23,820 nucleotides of DNA from Archangiaceae bacterium. GTDB taxonomy: Bacteria; Myxococcota; Myxococcia; Myxococcales; Myxococcaceae. Positions 1-7,467 of this stretch are shown piece after piece (position 1 is the first letter of the stretch; the number at the start of each line of letters is the position of its first letter). Where the stretch lies: contig JAYVCD010000206.1 of assembly GCA_043750125.1 (NCBI GenBank), positions 1-23,820 on the forward strand, in the 5' to 3' direction. Under the pieces are notes generated by a model. The model was not told the origin of the DNA, searched no databases, and was given only the letters and a program-made list of their open reading frames with translations. Made by a program: the position numbers and the translations under genes.

Positions 1-34
1 CCCGCAGCGCGGCGTGATCGTCATCGACCTGTAG
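1..34 (+). CDS. Possible 3' end of an upstream gene (...PQRGVIVIDL*), partial
   Basis: The frame starting at base 2 reads CCG CAG CGC GGC GTG ATC GTC ATC GAC CTG TAG TAG with GC-rich third positions and ends just upstream of the next ATG at 48. Too short to assign. Confidence 0.3.
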   Translation, partial: PQRGVIVIDL

Positions 35-47
35 TAGTCCCTTCCAA

Positions 48-1790
48 ATGCTCGAGCAGCTGCGGGGCGTTTTCAAGCGCAGGCGCCCACTGGCCCTGTG
101 GCATCACGAGTTCTACCGGTTTCCGCTCGCCGGAGCCGAGACCACCGTCGGACTCGAGACCCGCCGCGCCGACGACGCGCTTCATTACCTTCTTCGGGTC
201 AAAGCGGTGCTCGAGGCCCAGCTGCGCACCCCCGCACCGGTCAGCTTCGAAGACCTGCTGCGCGTCCACACTCCGGCGTACGTCGAGTCTCTGACCCACC
301 CGCACACCCTGGCGTCGATTTTCGCGTTGGACGTACAAGAGGTGGAAGCCGAGACCTTGCTGGCTTCGATTCGGGTCGCGTGCGGGGGCACCCTCGAAGC
401 GGCCCGACACACCCTGGCCACCCGCGAGCCGGCACTCAACCTGCTCGGTGGTTTTCACCACGCAGGTCCCGGTCGGGGGGGAGGCTTCTGCGCCGTCAAC
501 GACATCGCAGTGGCCGTGGCCCGCGTCAGGGTCGAAGGCTTCGAAGGGAAGGTGGCTGTGCTGGACCTCGACGCCCACCCTTCTGACGGAACTGCCGAGT
601 GCTTCAAGAATGACCCGTCGGTCTGGCTGGGCTCGATCAGCGCCGTCACCTGGGGGGCGCTGGAAGGAGTCGACGAGGTCGTTCTTCTTCCCGGAAGTCC
701 TGACCCTGTCTATCTGAATGCGCTCGAAGGGCTGTTGCGAAGGATGCCGAAGGTCGAGCTCGCCTTCGTGCTTGCGGGAGGCGACGTAATTGCCGGAGAT
801 CGGCTGGGCCAGTTGGGACTGTCGCTGGCCGGAGCCCAACGACGGGACTTGAAGGTCGCCGAGCACTTCGAAGGGGTCGCTCAGGTGTGGTTGCCCGCAG
901 GGGGTTACGGCCCCCACGCCTGGAAGGTGCTCGCCGGAACTGCGCTCGCGCTGGCGTGGCGAATCGAGCAGCCGATTCCCCCCGGGTATGATCCGCTCGC
1001 CGCGCGTTTCAATTCGGTCTCACGCCGCTTGCGGTCCGATGCGTTGGGCAGCGAGCCGCTGATTACCGAGGCAGATCTGTCCGAAGTCTTTGGCCACCGG
1101 CCTGCCGGCGCCGCCAAGCTGCTCGGGTTCTACACGGCCGAAGGGCTCGAGTACGCGCTGGAAGCGTACGGCCTGCTGCCTCTGATTCGCCGGCTGGGGT
1201 ATGGCGAGCTGCACATCGCGATCGAGAACGTCGGGGCGACCGATCGCGCACGGCTCACTGGAAAAGACAGCCGCACCAAAGACCCGGTCAAGCTGGTGGA
1301 GCTCGAAGTCGAGCGCCGGGGCCTGGCCGGAGGCAGCTTCCTGTTCGTCAACTGGCTGTCCTTGCGAAACCCGCGCGCAAAGTTCAGCGCCCAGCGCCCC
1401 CAGCTGCCCGGTCAAGAAGTCCCGGGCCTGGGGTTGTCGCGAGAGATGAGCCAGATGTTGGGCTTGATGGCTCGGCGGCTCGTGCTCGACGGCGTCGCGT
1501 TCCGGCCCAGCTGGTACCACATGGCGTTCGCCGCGCGGCACACCGCGCGCTTTGTCACTGCCGCCCGCCAGGGGCGCTTCGAGGCCGTGGCACGAGACTT
1601 CAAAAGCATGCCGCTGCTCGAGATCACCCATGCGCTGGCCTCGGGCCGGGTGCGGCTCAATGGCGAGCCCTACGCCTGGGAGCCCGAAGAGATGATTCAG
1701 TGGCTCAACCGGTCAGAAGATCCACTTGCGACCGCAGAGATCGCCGTGGAACGCGAGCGGTGTCACTTCACCCTGGGCGACGGGGCCTGA
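48..1790 (+). CDS. Histone deacetylase (HDAC/AcuC-superfamily) Zn-dependent deacetylase with an additional ~220-aa C-terminal domain
   Basis: HDAC motifs GGFHHA, GGFCAVND, DLDAH, GGD-x4-DRLG and GGY are present in the first ~300 aa; the C-terminal extension contains LPGQEVPGLG. Confidence 0.9.
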   Translation: MLEQLRGVFKRRRPLALWHHEFYRFPLAGAETTVGLETRRADDALHYLLRVKAVLEAQLRTPAPVSFEDLLRVHTPAYVESLTHPHTLASIFALDVQEVEAETLLASIRVACGGTLEAARHTLATREPALNLLGGFHHAGPGRGGGFCAVNDIAVAVARVRVEGFEGKVAVLDLDAHPSDGTAECFKNDPSVWLGSISAVTWGALEGVDEVVLLPGSPDPVYLNALEGLLRRMPKVELAFVLAGGDVIAGDRLGQLGLSLAGAQRRDLKVAEHFEGVAQVWLPAGGYGPHAWKVLAGTALALAWRIEQPIPPGYDPLAARFNSVSRRLRSDALGSEPLITEADLSEVFGHRPAGAAKLLGFYTAEGLEYALEAYGLLPLIRRLGYGELHIAIENVGATDRARLTGKDSRTKDPVKLVELEVERRGLAGGSFLFVNWLSLRNPRAKFSAQRPQLPGQEVPGLGLSREMSQMLGLMARRLVLDGVAFRPSWYHMAFAARHTARFVTAARQGRFEAVARDFKSMPLLEITHALASGRVRLNGEPYAWEPEEMIQWLNRSEDPLATAEIAVERERCHFTLGDGA

Positions 1791-1800
1791 AGCGCTGAAG

Positions 1801-2274
1801 TCAGTGCAGCAGCGACGAGGGCGGCGAGCCGGGGGCGGGAGGCGGCTGGCTCACCTTCAGCGGCTCGAGCCGGGCGAAATTTTCAGTCTCGAACTTCAGC
1901 CCTTCGGGGGGAAACTTCATTCCTCCGTCCGTCCATTCCGGGACGAAGAGCAGTGGGCGCGCCTCGCCGTCGTAGCCCAGTTGCACCAACAGCCCGACTT
2001 CGTAGCTGCGGCAATGCTGGCTGCAGCAGAAGAACTCTGCGCGCACCCGGTACAGCCCCTCGGCCGCGATCGGCGCCAGCGAGCTGCTCCATTCGGCGGA
2101 CGGCACCGTGGTGCCCCGGGCTTGCCATTGGGCGCGATTGTGGGCCCACCGCTCGGGCAGGTAGATGCCGGGGCCCGGCTCGCCGTGATTGTGAAAGTAG
2201 ACCAGCCGTCCGGGGGCGATGCCCTCGAGCGGCTGGGTCGTTTGGTAGATTCCGCAGGCGGGGTGGCTGGGCAT
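1801..2274 (-). CDS. Hypothetical protein (157 aa) with an apparent internal duplication
   Basis: The ORF fills the space between the HDAC stop and osmC, has protein-like composition, carries FHNH and CCSQHC motifs, and ends in a Pro-rich tail. Confidence 0.7.
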   Translation of the reverse strand: MPSHPACGIYQTTQPLEGIAPGRLVYFHNHGEPGPGIYLPERWAHNRAQWQARGTTVPSAEWSSSLAPIAAEGLYRVRAEFFCCSQHCRSYEVGLLVQLGYDGEARPLLFVPEWTDGGMKFPPEGLKFETENFARLEPLKVSQPPPAPGSPPSSLLH

Positions 2275-2357
2275 CGGCGGTGGTATAGGACAAAAAAGCG
2301 GCGCACAGCCGTTCTGGAGGTTTGAAAACCGTGACCGCCCCCGCTTCTGGAGTCTCG

Positions 2358-2750
2358 ATGTCCGCTCACATTTCCGGGCGCACCAGCGTGCTCGTGCACG
2401 GCCCGTCGGGGACGCGCCTGACGACGACGCCTCCAGTCGACAACGGAGGAACCGGAGATTCCTTCTCGCCGACCGACCTGGTGGGCGCCGCGCTGCTCTC
2501 GTGTGCCCTGGCGACGATGGCGATTCTGTCCGAGCGGGAAGGGCTCAGCTGGGGCGACGCCTCGGGCACGGTCGAGAAGCAGATGTCGCCTCCCCCTCGG
2601 CGGGTGGCCACCCTGGTGCTGGTGCTGCAGATGCCCAAAGAAGTGAAGCCCGAGCAACGCTCGCGCCTCGAAGAGATTGCCCGCACCTGCCCGGTCGCTC
2701 GCAGCCTGCACCCCGACGTCAAGGTGCCGATCGAGTTCCGTTACTCCTGA
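2358..2750 (+). CDS. OsmC/Ohr-family protein (YhfA-like)
   Basis: GGTGDSFSPTDLVGAALLSC and CPVARSL carry the two conserved Cys. ATG 2358 is preceded by GGAG; an alternative in-frame TTG start at 2322 follows GGAGG. Confidence 0.88.
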   Translation: MSAHISGRTSVLVHGPSGTRLTTTPPVDNGGTGDSFSPTDLVGAALLSCALATMAILSEREGLSWGDASGTVEKQMSPPPRRVATLVLVLQMPKEVKPEQRSRLEEIARTCPVARSLHPDVKVPIEFRYS

Positions 2751-2761
2751 CGTTCCCGTCG

Positions 2762-2773
2762 GCTCGGCAACGT
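2762..2773. repeat. 12-bp direct repeat copy 1 (GCTCGGCAACGT)
   Basis: An identical 12-mer lies at 3635..3646; the pair brackets the IS3-containing intergenic segment. Confidence 0.7.
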
Positions 2774-2885
2774 GTGTTGTGTGGCCTCCATCGCCCAAAA
2801 CCACCACCGACGCGATCAACATTTGAGTGTGCTTTGGGCTTGACCCGGTTCCGTAGACACCAAACGAGAGGTGGATACGGTGTCC

Positions 2886-3206
2886 ATGATGACCGAGGAA
2901 TCGACGAAGAAGCCGAACCGCAGGCGGCGTAGTTTCACGGACGAGTTCAAAGCAGGGGCAGTGCGCCTGGTGCTCGAGAAGGGCAAGACGGTCGCCGAGG
3001 CTGCACGAGATCTGGATCTGACGCCCTCCTCGCTGGGCAATTGGGTCGAGCAAGCGCAAGCCAACGCCGGCAAGAGCAGCCGGGGCTCCTTGACGACTGA
3101 GGAGAAGGAAGAGCTTGCGAAGCTGCGCAAGGAGGTTCGAGAGCTACGCCTCGAGAGAGAAATCCTAAAAAAAGCGGCGGCCTTCTTCGCGAAGGAGAAC
3201 GGGTGA
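2886..3206 (+). CDS. IS3-family transposase OrfA (HTH_Tnp_1 plus leucine zipper)
   Basis: RRSFTDEFKAGAVRLV...VAEAARDLDL...LGNWV...ELRLEREILKKAAAFFAKE. An upstream in-frame GTG at 2871 is also possible. Confidence 0.9.
   Translation: MMTEESTKKPNRRRRSFTDEFKAGAVRLVLEKGKTVAEAARDLDLTPSSLGNWVEQAQANAGKSSRGSLTTEEKEELAKLRKEVRELRLEREILKKAAAFFAKENG
3167..3174 (+). promoter_or_regulatory. Programmed -1 frameshift slippery site A7G of the IS3 element
   Basis: CTA AAA AAA GCG in orfA; the -1 frame (AGC GGC GGC CTT CTT CGC GAA GGA GAA CGG GTG) is open and continuous with orfB at 3203. Confidence 0.75.
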
Positions 3207-3452
3207 AGTTTGCGTTCATTGCGGAGGAGGCCGAGCTGGGGGTTGTAAGGCTGTGCCGGGTGCTCGACGTTTCGCGGTCCGGCTTCTACGCGTGGCTTGG
3301 CCGGCCGCAGAGCGCGCACGACATCGAGGACGAGCGATTGAAGGTGCTCGTGCACGAGGCGCATTCGATCGGCAGAAAGTATTACGGCAGCCCACGCGTT
3401 CACCGAGCGCTGAAAAAGCAACAGGTCTGCATCAGCAGGAAACGCATCGTCC
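3203..3452 (+). pseudogene. IS3-family OrfB N-terminal fragment (truncated before the DDE domain)
   Basis: LCRVLDVSRSGFYAW...YGSPRVHRAL...SRKRIVR, after which the resemblance stops. The frame runs on to 3655 through non-transposase-like sequence. Confidence 0.85.
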
Positions 3453-3634
3453 GATCAGGCCCAAACCTGTCTACGTGGATGAGGCACCGGGTTTCACAAT
3501 TTAGTGTCTCGAGATCACGCTCCCTTCCACCGACTTGGCTTGTTGATCCACGCCGCCGTCGGCAGTCGCAGCTGCGAGTCGCTGATCGGATCGAGGCTGA
3601 GCGCCCCGGCCGCACACCCCGCGTTGTGCCGATT

Positions 3635-3646
3635 GCTCGGCAACGT
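3635..3646. repeat. 12-bp direct repeat copy 2 (GCTCGGCAACGT)
   Basis: Identical to 2762..2773. Confidence 0.7.
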
Positions 3647-3670
3647 TTCGAATGATTCGGGACGCGCGCT

Positions 3671-5683
3671 TCAGGTCCCGGTCTTGGGGGTGCCGGGCAA
3701 GCGCGGATCGGTCGGAGAGACCAGCCGAAGCTGCCCGTTCTGAGCGGTGAAGCTCTTCGCGTCGACTTCGCGCTCGAGGTAGGTGTAACCGGCCAGGCCG
3801 AGCTCGTAGACCCTCAAGATCTGCCGCGACTCGTCGAGGGTGATCTTCCCCAGGCGCAGCGCCTGTTCGGTGTTGCGGCGCATCTTCGCGATCAGATCGT
3901 CTTTGTTGTAGCTGACGTAGTCGAGCACCTCGGTGACGCTGTTGCCCTCGACCACGTGGTCGATCAGGTACCCGCCGCCGGGCGCAAGCGAGACCTGCAC
4001 CGCGTGGGTGTCGCCAAACAGGTTGTGCAAGTCGCCCAGAATTTCCTGGTACGCGCCCACGAGGAAGATCCCGATGTAGTACTTGTCGTCGTTGAGCGGG
4101 TGCAGCTCGAGCTGGTCTTTGACTTCACGCTTGTCGATGAAGTGCTCGATCTTCCCATCGCTGTCGCAGGTGATGTCGGCCAGCACCCCGCGGCGCGAAG
4201 GACACTCGTTGAGGCGGTGAATCGGCATCACCGGGAACAGCTGGTCGATGGCCCACGAGTCGGGCAGCGACTGAAACACCGAGAAATTGCAGAAGTAGGT
4301 GTCGGCCAGCGAACGGTCGAGCGCCTCGAGCTCTTCGGGGACCTCGCCCCCTTCTCGCGCCAGACGCATCGTCTTGTGACAGATGGCCCAGAAGAGGTTC
4401 TCGGCGATGACCCGTTCTTCGAGGGTCAGATGCCCCAGCGAGAAGAGGGTGAGGCTCTCTTCCTTGTATTCCGAGGCGTCATGGTAGGCCTCGATCAGGT
4501 TCTTGCGGGTCAGATCCCGGTAGGTCGCCCAGAGGTTCTTGACCACCTGGGGGGAGACTTCGGCCAGCTGCTCGGGCGCGCCTTCGCCTCCAAATTCGCT
4601 GCTGCCGAGGACTTCGGTGACGAGCACCGCATGGTGGGCGACGATCGCGCGGCCCGACTCGCTGACGAGGATCGGGTGGGGGATTTTCGCCAGGTCACAC
4701 GCTTCCATCACGCTGAAGACCACGTCGTTGGCGTATTCCTCGGTGGTGTAGTTCATCGAGGAAGCAAAGTTGGTCTGCGAGCCGTCGTAGTCGACGCCCA
4801 GGCCGCCTCCGACATCGAGGTACTTCAGCGGTGCGCCGAGCCGGGCCACTTCGACGTAGAAGCGACCCACCTCGCGCAGCGCGTCCTTGACGTTGCGAAT
4901 GTTCGAAATCTGACTGCCCAGATGAAAGTGGAGCAGCTCGAAAGTGTCGATTAGCCCCGCTTCCCGCATGAAGCTCAGCGCGTTCATCAGCTCGGACGAC
5001 GAGAGGCCGAACTTCGATCGATCGCCTCCGGACGCTTCCCACTTTCCAGCGCCCCGCGAGGACAGCCGAACCCGAATGCCGATGCGTGGCCTGATTCCGG
5101 TGCGGCGCGAGACCTCGGCAATCAGCGCCAGCTCGGTCGGCTTCTCGACCACCATCACGACCTTGCGGCCCAGCTTGCTCGCGTAGAGCGCGGTTTCGAC
5201 GTATTCCTCGTCTTTGTACCCGTTGCAGATGATCAGCGAGTCGTCGTCATCGAGCAGGGCCATCACCGCGAGCAGCTCGGGCTTGCTGCCGGCCTCGAGC
5301 CCGTACCCGTACTGCTTGCCGGCCGCGACGATCTGTTCGACCACGTACCGGTGCTGGTTGACCTTGATCGGAAAGACGCCCTTGTAGCTGCCTTTGAACC
5401 CCTGCTCGCTGATCGCCTTTTTGAACGCTTCGTTGAGGTGGACGACCCGGTGGCGCAGCACGTCGGTGAAGCGAATCAAAAGCGGGGGGACGATGCCGCG
5501 CCGGCGCACTTCGTCGATCAGCTCTTTGAGATCGAACGAGGGGGTCTCGGGGCCGCCCGGGTGCACCATCACGTTGCCCTTCTCGTTGATTCCGAAGTAC
5601 CCCGCGCCCCACTGACGAATCGAATAGGTCTCGAGAGAATCCGCAATCGTCCAGCGCTTCGGTGCGGGGGTATTGGTCGCCAT
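3671..5683 (-). CDS. speA: Biosynthetic arginine decarboxylase
   Basis: PIKVNQ (PLP lysine), GLEAGSKPEL, HFHLGSQI, DVGGGLGVDYDGS, SESGRA, DITCDSDG, GAYQEILGDLHNLFG; 670 aa. Confidence 0.97.
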   Translation of the reverse strand: MATNTPAPKRWTIADSLETYSIRQWGAGYFGINEKGNVMVHPGGPETPSFDLKELIDEVRRRGIVPPLLIRFTDVLRHRVVHLNEAFKKAISEQGFKGSYKGVFPIKVNQHRYVVEQIVAAGKQYGYGLEAGSKPELLAVMALLDDDDSLIICNGYKDEEYVETALYASKLGRKVVMVVEKPTELALIAEVSRRTGIRPRIGIRVRLSSRGAGKWEASGGDRSKFGLSSSELMNALSFMREAGLIDTFELLHFHLGSQISNIRNVKDALREVGRFYVEVARLGAPLKYLDVGGGLGVDYDGSQTNFASSMNYTTEEYANDVVFSVMEACDLAKIPHPILVSESGRAIVAHHAVLVTEVLGSSEFGGEGAPEQLAEVSPQVVKNLWATYRDLTRKNLIEAYHDASEYKEESLTLFSLGHLTLEERVIAENLFWAICHKTMRLAREGGEVPEELEALDRSLADTYFCNFSVFQSLPDSWAIDQLFPVMPIHRLNECPSRRGVLADITCDSDGKIEHFIDKREVKDQLELHPLNDDKYYIGIFLVGAYQEILGDLHNLFGDTHAVQVSLAPGGGYLIDHVVEGNSVTEVLDYVSYNKDDLIAKMRRNTEQALRLGKITLDESRQILRVYELGLAGYTYLEREVDAKSFTAQNGQLRLVSPTDPRLPGTPKTGT

Positions 5684-5693
5684 TGAGCCGCGA

Positions 5694-5699
5694 ACTATA
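5694..5699 (-). promoter_or_regulatory. Putative -10 hexamer TATAGT, 10 nt upstream of the speA ATG
   Basis: The minus strand reads CTATAGT-TCGCGGCTCA-ATG; no Shine-Dalgarno in between. Confidence 0.4.
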
Positions 5700-5720
5700 G
5701 GGAATCGTCCCGACGATCCA

Positions 5721-6470
5721 CTACTGTTCGCTGAGCTCTGCGATCCGGGTGATCCGCTTCATCGCCAGGGGATCCTGCAGCAGCTGAAGCACCCCGTTGT
5801 TCTGCAACAGGGGACGGGTATCTCCACCCCCCAGCGCCTTCTTCATCGCCGCGGTATCGAGCATCGAAGTGAAGCGCGCGTCCTTCATCAGCGCCTGAAA
5901 GTCCGAGCTCTCTTTGAGCCGGGTCGCCTTCTTCGGGTCTGCCTGCACCCTCGCCACCCGGACCACGTCGGTGACGCCTGCGAACTGCGACATCTCGAAC
6001 AGGTTGTATTTTCGGGCCAGGCTCAAGGCCACCGAGTCCTTGGGGATGAAGTTGAACCGGCGCCCCTGCAGGCTGACGTTCTCTTCGAGGAACGAGAGCG
6101 CACAGACCACGACCCACGCCAGCAGCGACACTTTTGCCGCGCCCATCACAAAGCCGAGCAACCGGTCGGCGGTGCGGTTGGTGGGATCTTTGCCGGCCAA
6201 CACCCGACGCAGAATCCGGGTGAGGATGTAGCGGACGATCACGAAGATGAAGATGAAAGCGACGAAGGTCGCCAGCACCGTTCCCACCACCAGCGACAGG
6301 TGGGCCTGCTGGGCGGCGAACGGCCCCAGCGCGTCGCCTACCGGCCGGGCCGCGAGCCAGGCGCCAATCGCGGCGATCGTCTGGGCGACCTGCCGGGCGG
6401 CACCCTGAAAGGCGCCCCAGAGGGCGAAGAGGAGCACCAGCCCCAGCAGCACGAGATCGAAAGTGGTCAC
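5721..6470 (-). CDS. CvpA-family (colicin V production) membrane protein with a C-terminal soluble extension
   Basis: FDLVLLG...ALWGAFQGAARQV, several hydrophobic helices, ADRLLGFVMGAAK. The GTG start overlaps the upstream stop (GTGA). Confidence 0.85.
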   Translation of the reverse strand: MTTFDLVLLGLVLLFALWGAFQGAARQVAQTIAAIGAWLAARPVGDALGPFAAQQAHLSLVVGTVLATFVAFIFIFVIVRYILTRILRRVLAGKDPTNRTADRLLGFVMGAAKVSLLAWVVVCALSFLEENVSLQGRRFNFIPKDSVALSLARKYNLFEMSQFAGVTDVVRVARVQADPKKATRLKESSDFQALMKDARFTSMLDTAAMKKALGGGDTRPLLQNNGVLQLLQDPLAMKRITRIAELSEQ

Positions 6471-7462
6471 CGGATCTTGAACTGATCGCCCTTGGCCTTG
6501 AACGCGTCGTGCACCTTCGACTGCACCCTGGCGAGCTCTTCCTTGTAGCGGGCGTTCGACGGCTCGTAGGTCAGCGCCGTTTTGAGCGATCGCTCGGCCG
6601 CGGCCCAGTTGTCTCCCGCCGCCTCTCGCATCGCCGTCTGAAAGAAGCTGCGGCCCTTGGGGTGGGTGCCGATCTGCTCTTCGGCCTGCTTCTTCACCTC
6701 GGCCTTGTTCTCGACCTCGCTGGCTTCGTTGAAGCGCAGCTTGTTCAGGCGGTCGGGGCCCGAGATGTCGGTGACGTATTTGCGGCGCTTCTGGTCGTCG
6801 CGCAGGAAGTAATAGGCCTCGGTGATGCGCTTGTAGATCGTGCCCAGGTCGACCTTCGTCTTCTCGTCGGCCAAATGGAAAAACCGGTCGGGGTGGTAGA
6901 TGCGGCTTTCCCGGTAGAAGGCGGCTTTGATTTCAGCCGGCGTCGCGGTGAGCTCGATCTTCAACACCTGGAAGTAGTCGAGGGTGATCGCCCTGGCCGC
7001 CATTGCGACCAGCAGCGCCACCTGCGGCGCGGTCAGCGTGTCGATCGGCCCGCTGAGCGGAATGGGGCTGCTGGCAACGACCTGGGCGGGCTGAATCGTC
7101 GGCGCCATCCGCGCGGGCGCGGCGGGCTGAATCATCGGCGGCGCCACCGGCGCGGGCGCGGCGGGCACAATCGTCGTCGGCGCCATCCGCGCGGGCGCGG
7201 CGGGTTGAATCGTCGGCGGCGCCACCGGCACGGGCGCGGCGGGCTGAATCGTCGGCGGCGCCATCCGTGCGGGCGCGGCGGGCGGAATGGGCGGCGGCGC
7301 CATTCGCGCGGGCGCGGCCGGCTGAATCGTCGGCGGTGCCATCGGCGCGGTACCGATGCGGGGAGGGCCCTCGGGAGCCGCCGCAGGCCGTGGCGACGTA
7401 ACCGGGCGGGCGATGGGGGGCGGAAACGGTGGTTTCCCCTGATGGTCGGGAGGCGTGGCCAT
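6467..7462 (-). CDS. J-domain (DnaJ-like) co-chaperone with N-terminal Pro/Ala tandem repeats and a C-terminal TPR-like helix pair (~331 aa)
   Basis: DYFQVL...EIKAAFYRESRIYHPD...ITEAYYFLRD, with HPD intact; TPR-like AAERSLKTALTYEPSN. ATG at 7462 lies 5 nt after the Hsp70 stop; the track's longer start overlaps Hsp70. Confidence 0.9.
   Translation of the reverse strand: MATPPDHQGKPPFPPPIARPVTSPRPAAAPEGPPRIGTAPMAPPTIQPAAPARMAPPPIPPAAPARMAPPTIQPAAPVPVAPPTIQPAAPARMAPTTIVPAAPAPVAPPMIQPAAPARMAPTIQPAQVVASSPIPLSGPIDTLTAPQVALLVAMAARAITLDYFQVLKIELTATPAEIKAAFYRESRIYHPDRFFHLADEKTKVDLGTIYKRITEAYYFLRDDQKRRKYVTDISGPDRLNKLRFNEASEVENKAEVKKQAEEQIGTHPKGRSFFQTAMREAAGDNWAAAERSLKTALTYEPSNARYKEELARVQSKVHDAFKAKGDQFKIR
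7086..7345 (-). repeat. Intragenic 39-bp (13-aa) tandem repeat, 6 full copies plus 1 partial, consensus [M/V]APPTIQPAAPAR
   Basis: MAPPTIQPAAPAR/MAPPPIPPAAPAR/MAPPTIQPAAPVP/VAPPTIQPAAPAR/MAPTTIVPAAPAP/VAPPMIQPAAPAR/MAPTIQPA. Confidence 0.9.
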
Positions 7463-7467
7463 GGCTT

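Larger units (their letters stand above)
2835..3463 (+). mobile_element. IS3-family insertion sequence, internally deleted (non-autonomous remnant)
   Basis: The left end TGGGCTTGACCCGGTTCCGTAGACACC (2835..2861) has the IS3-type TG...GTRGACAC pattern. orfA and the start of orfB follow. GATCAGGCCCA (3453..3463) matches the reverse complement of the left tip at 9/11. The DDE integrase core is absent. Confidence 0.85.

Noticed and set aside
21..917. Long antisense and alternate-frame ORFs (e.g. 21..917, 3956..4954, 7429..8649, 11359..12528, 20459..21595, 22446..23786)
   Set aside because: They overlap well-supported genes, lack recognisable motifs, and are expected from stop-codon scarcity in high-GC DNA.
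3453..3655. C-terminal half of the 150-aa orfB ORF as a novel fusion domain
   Set aside because: It is read-through past the IS end into sequence with no transposase or other motif.
5721..6470. CvpA or the CPBP protease as signs of a bacteriocin cluster
   Set aside because: CvpA is a widespread housekeeping membrane protein; no precursor peptide, modification enzyme or exporter is seen.
7086..7345. Repeat array as a CRISPR-like locus
   Set aside because: Units are contiguous, in-frame 39-mers without unique spacers, and no cas genes are present.
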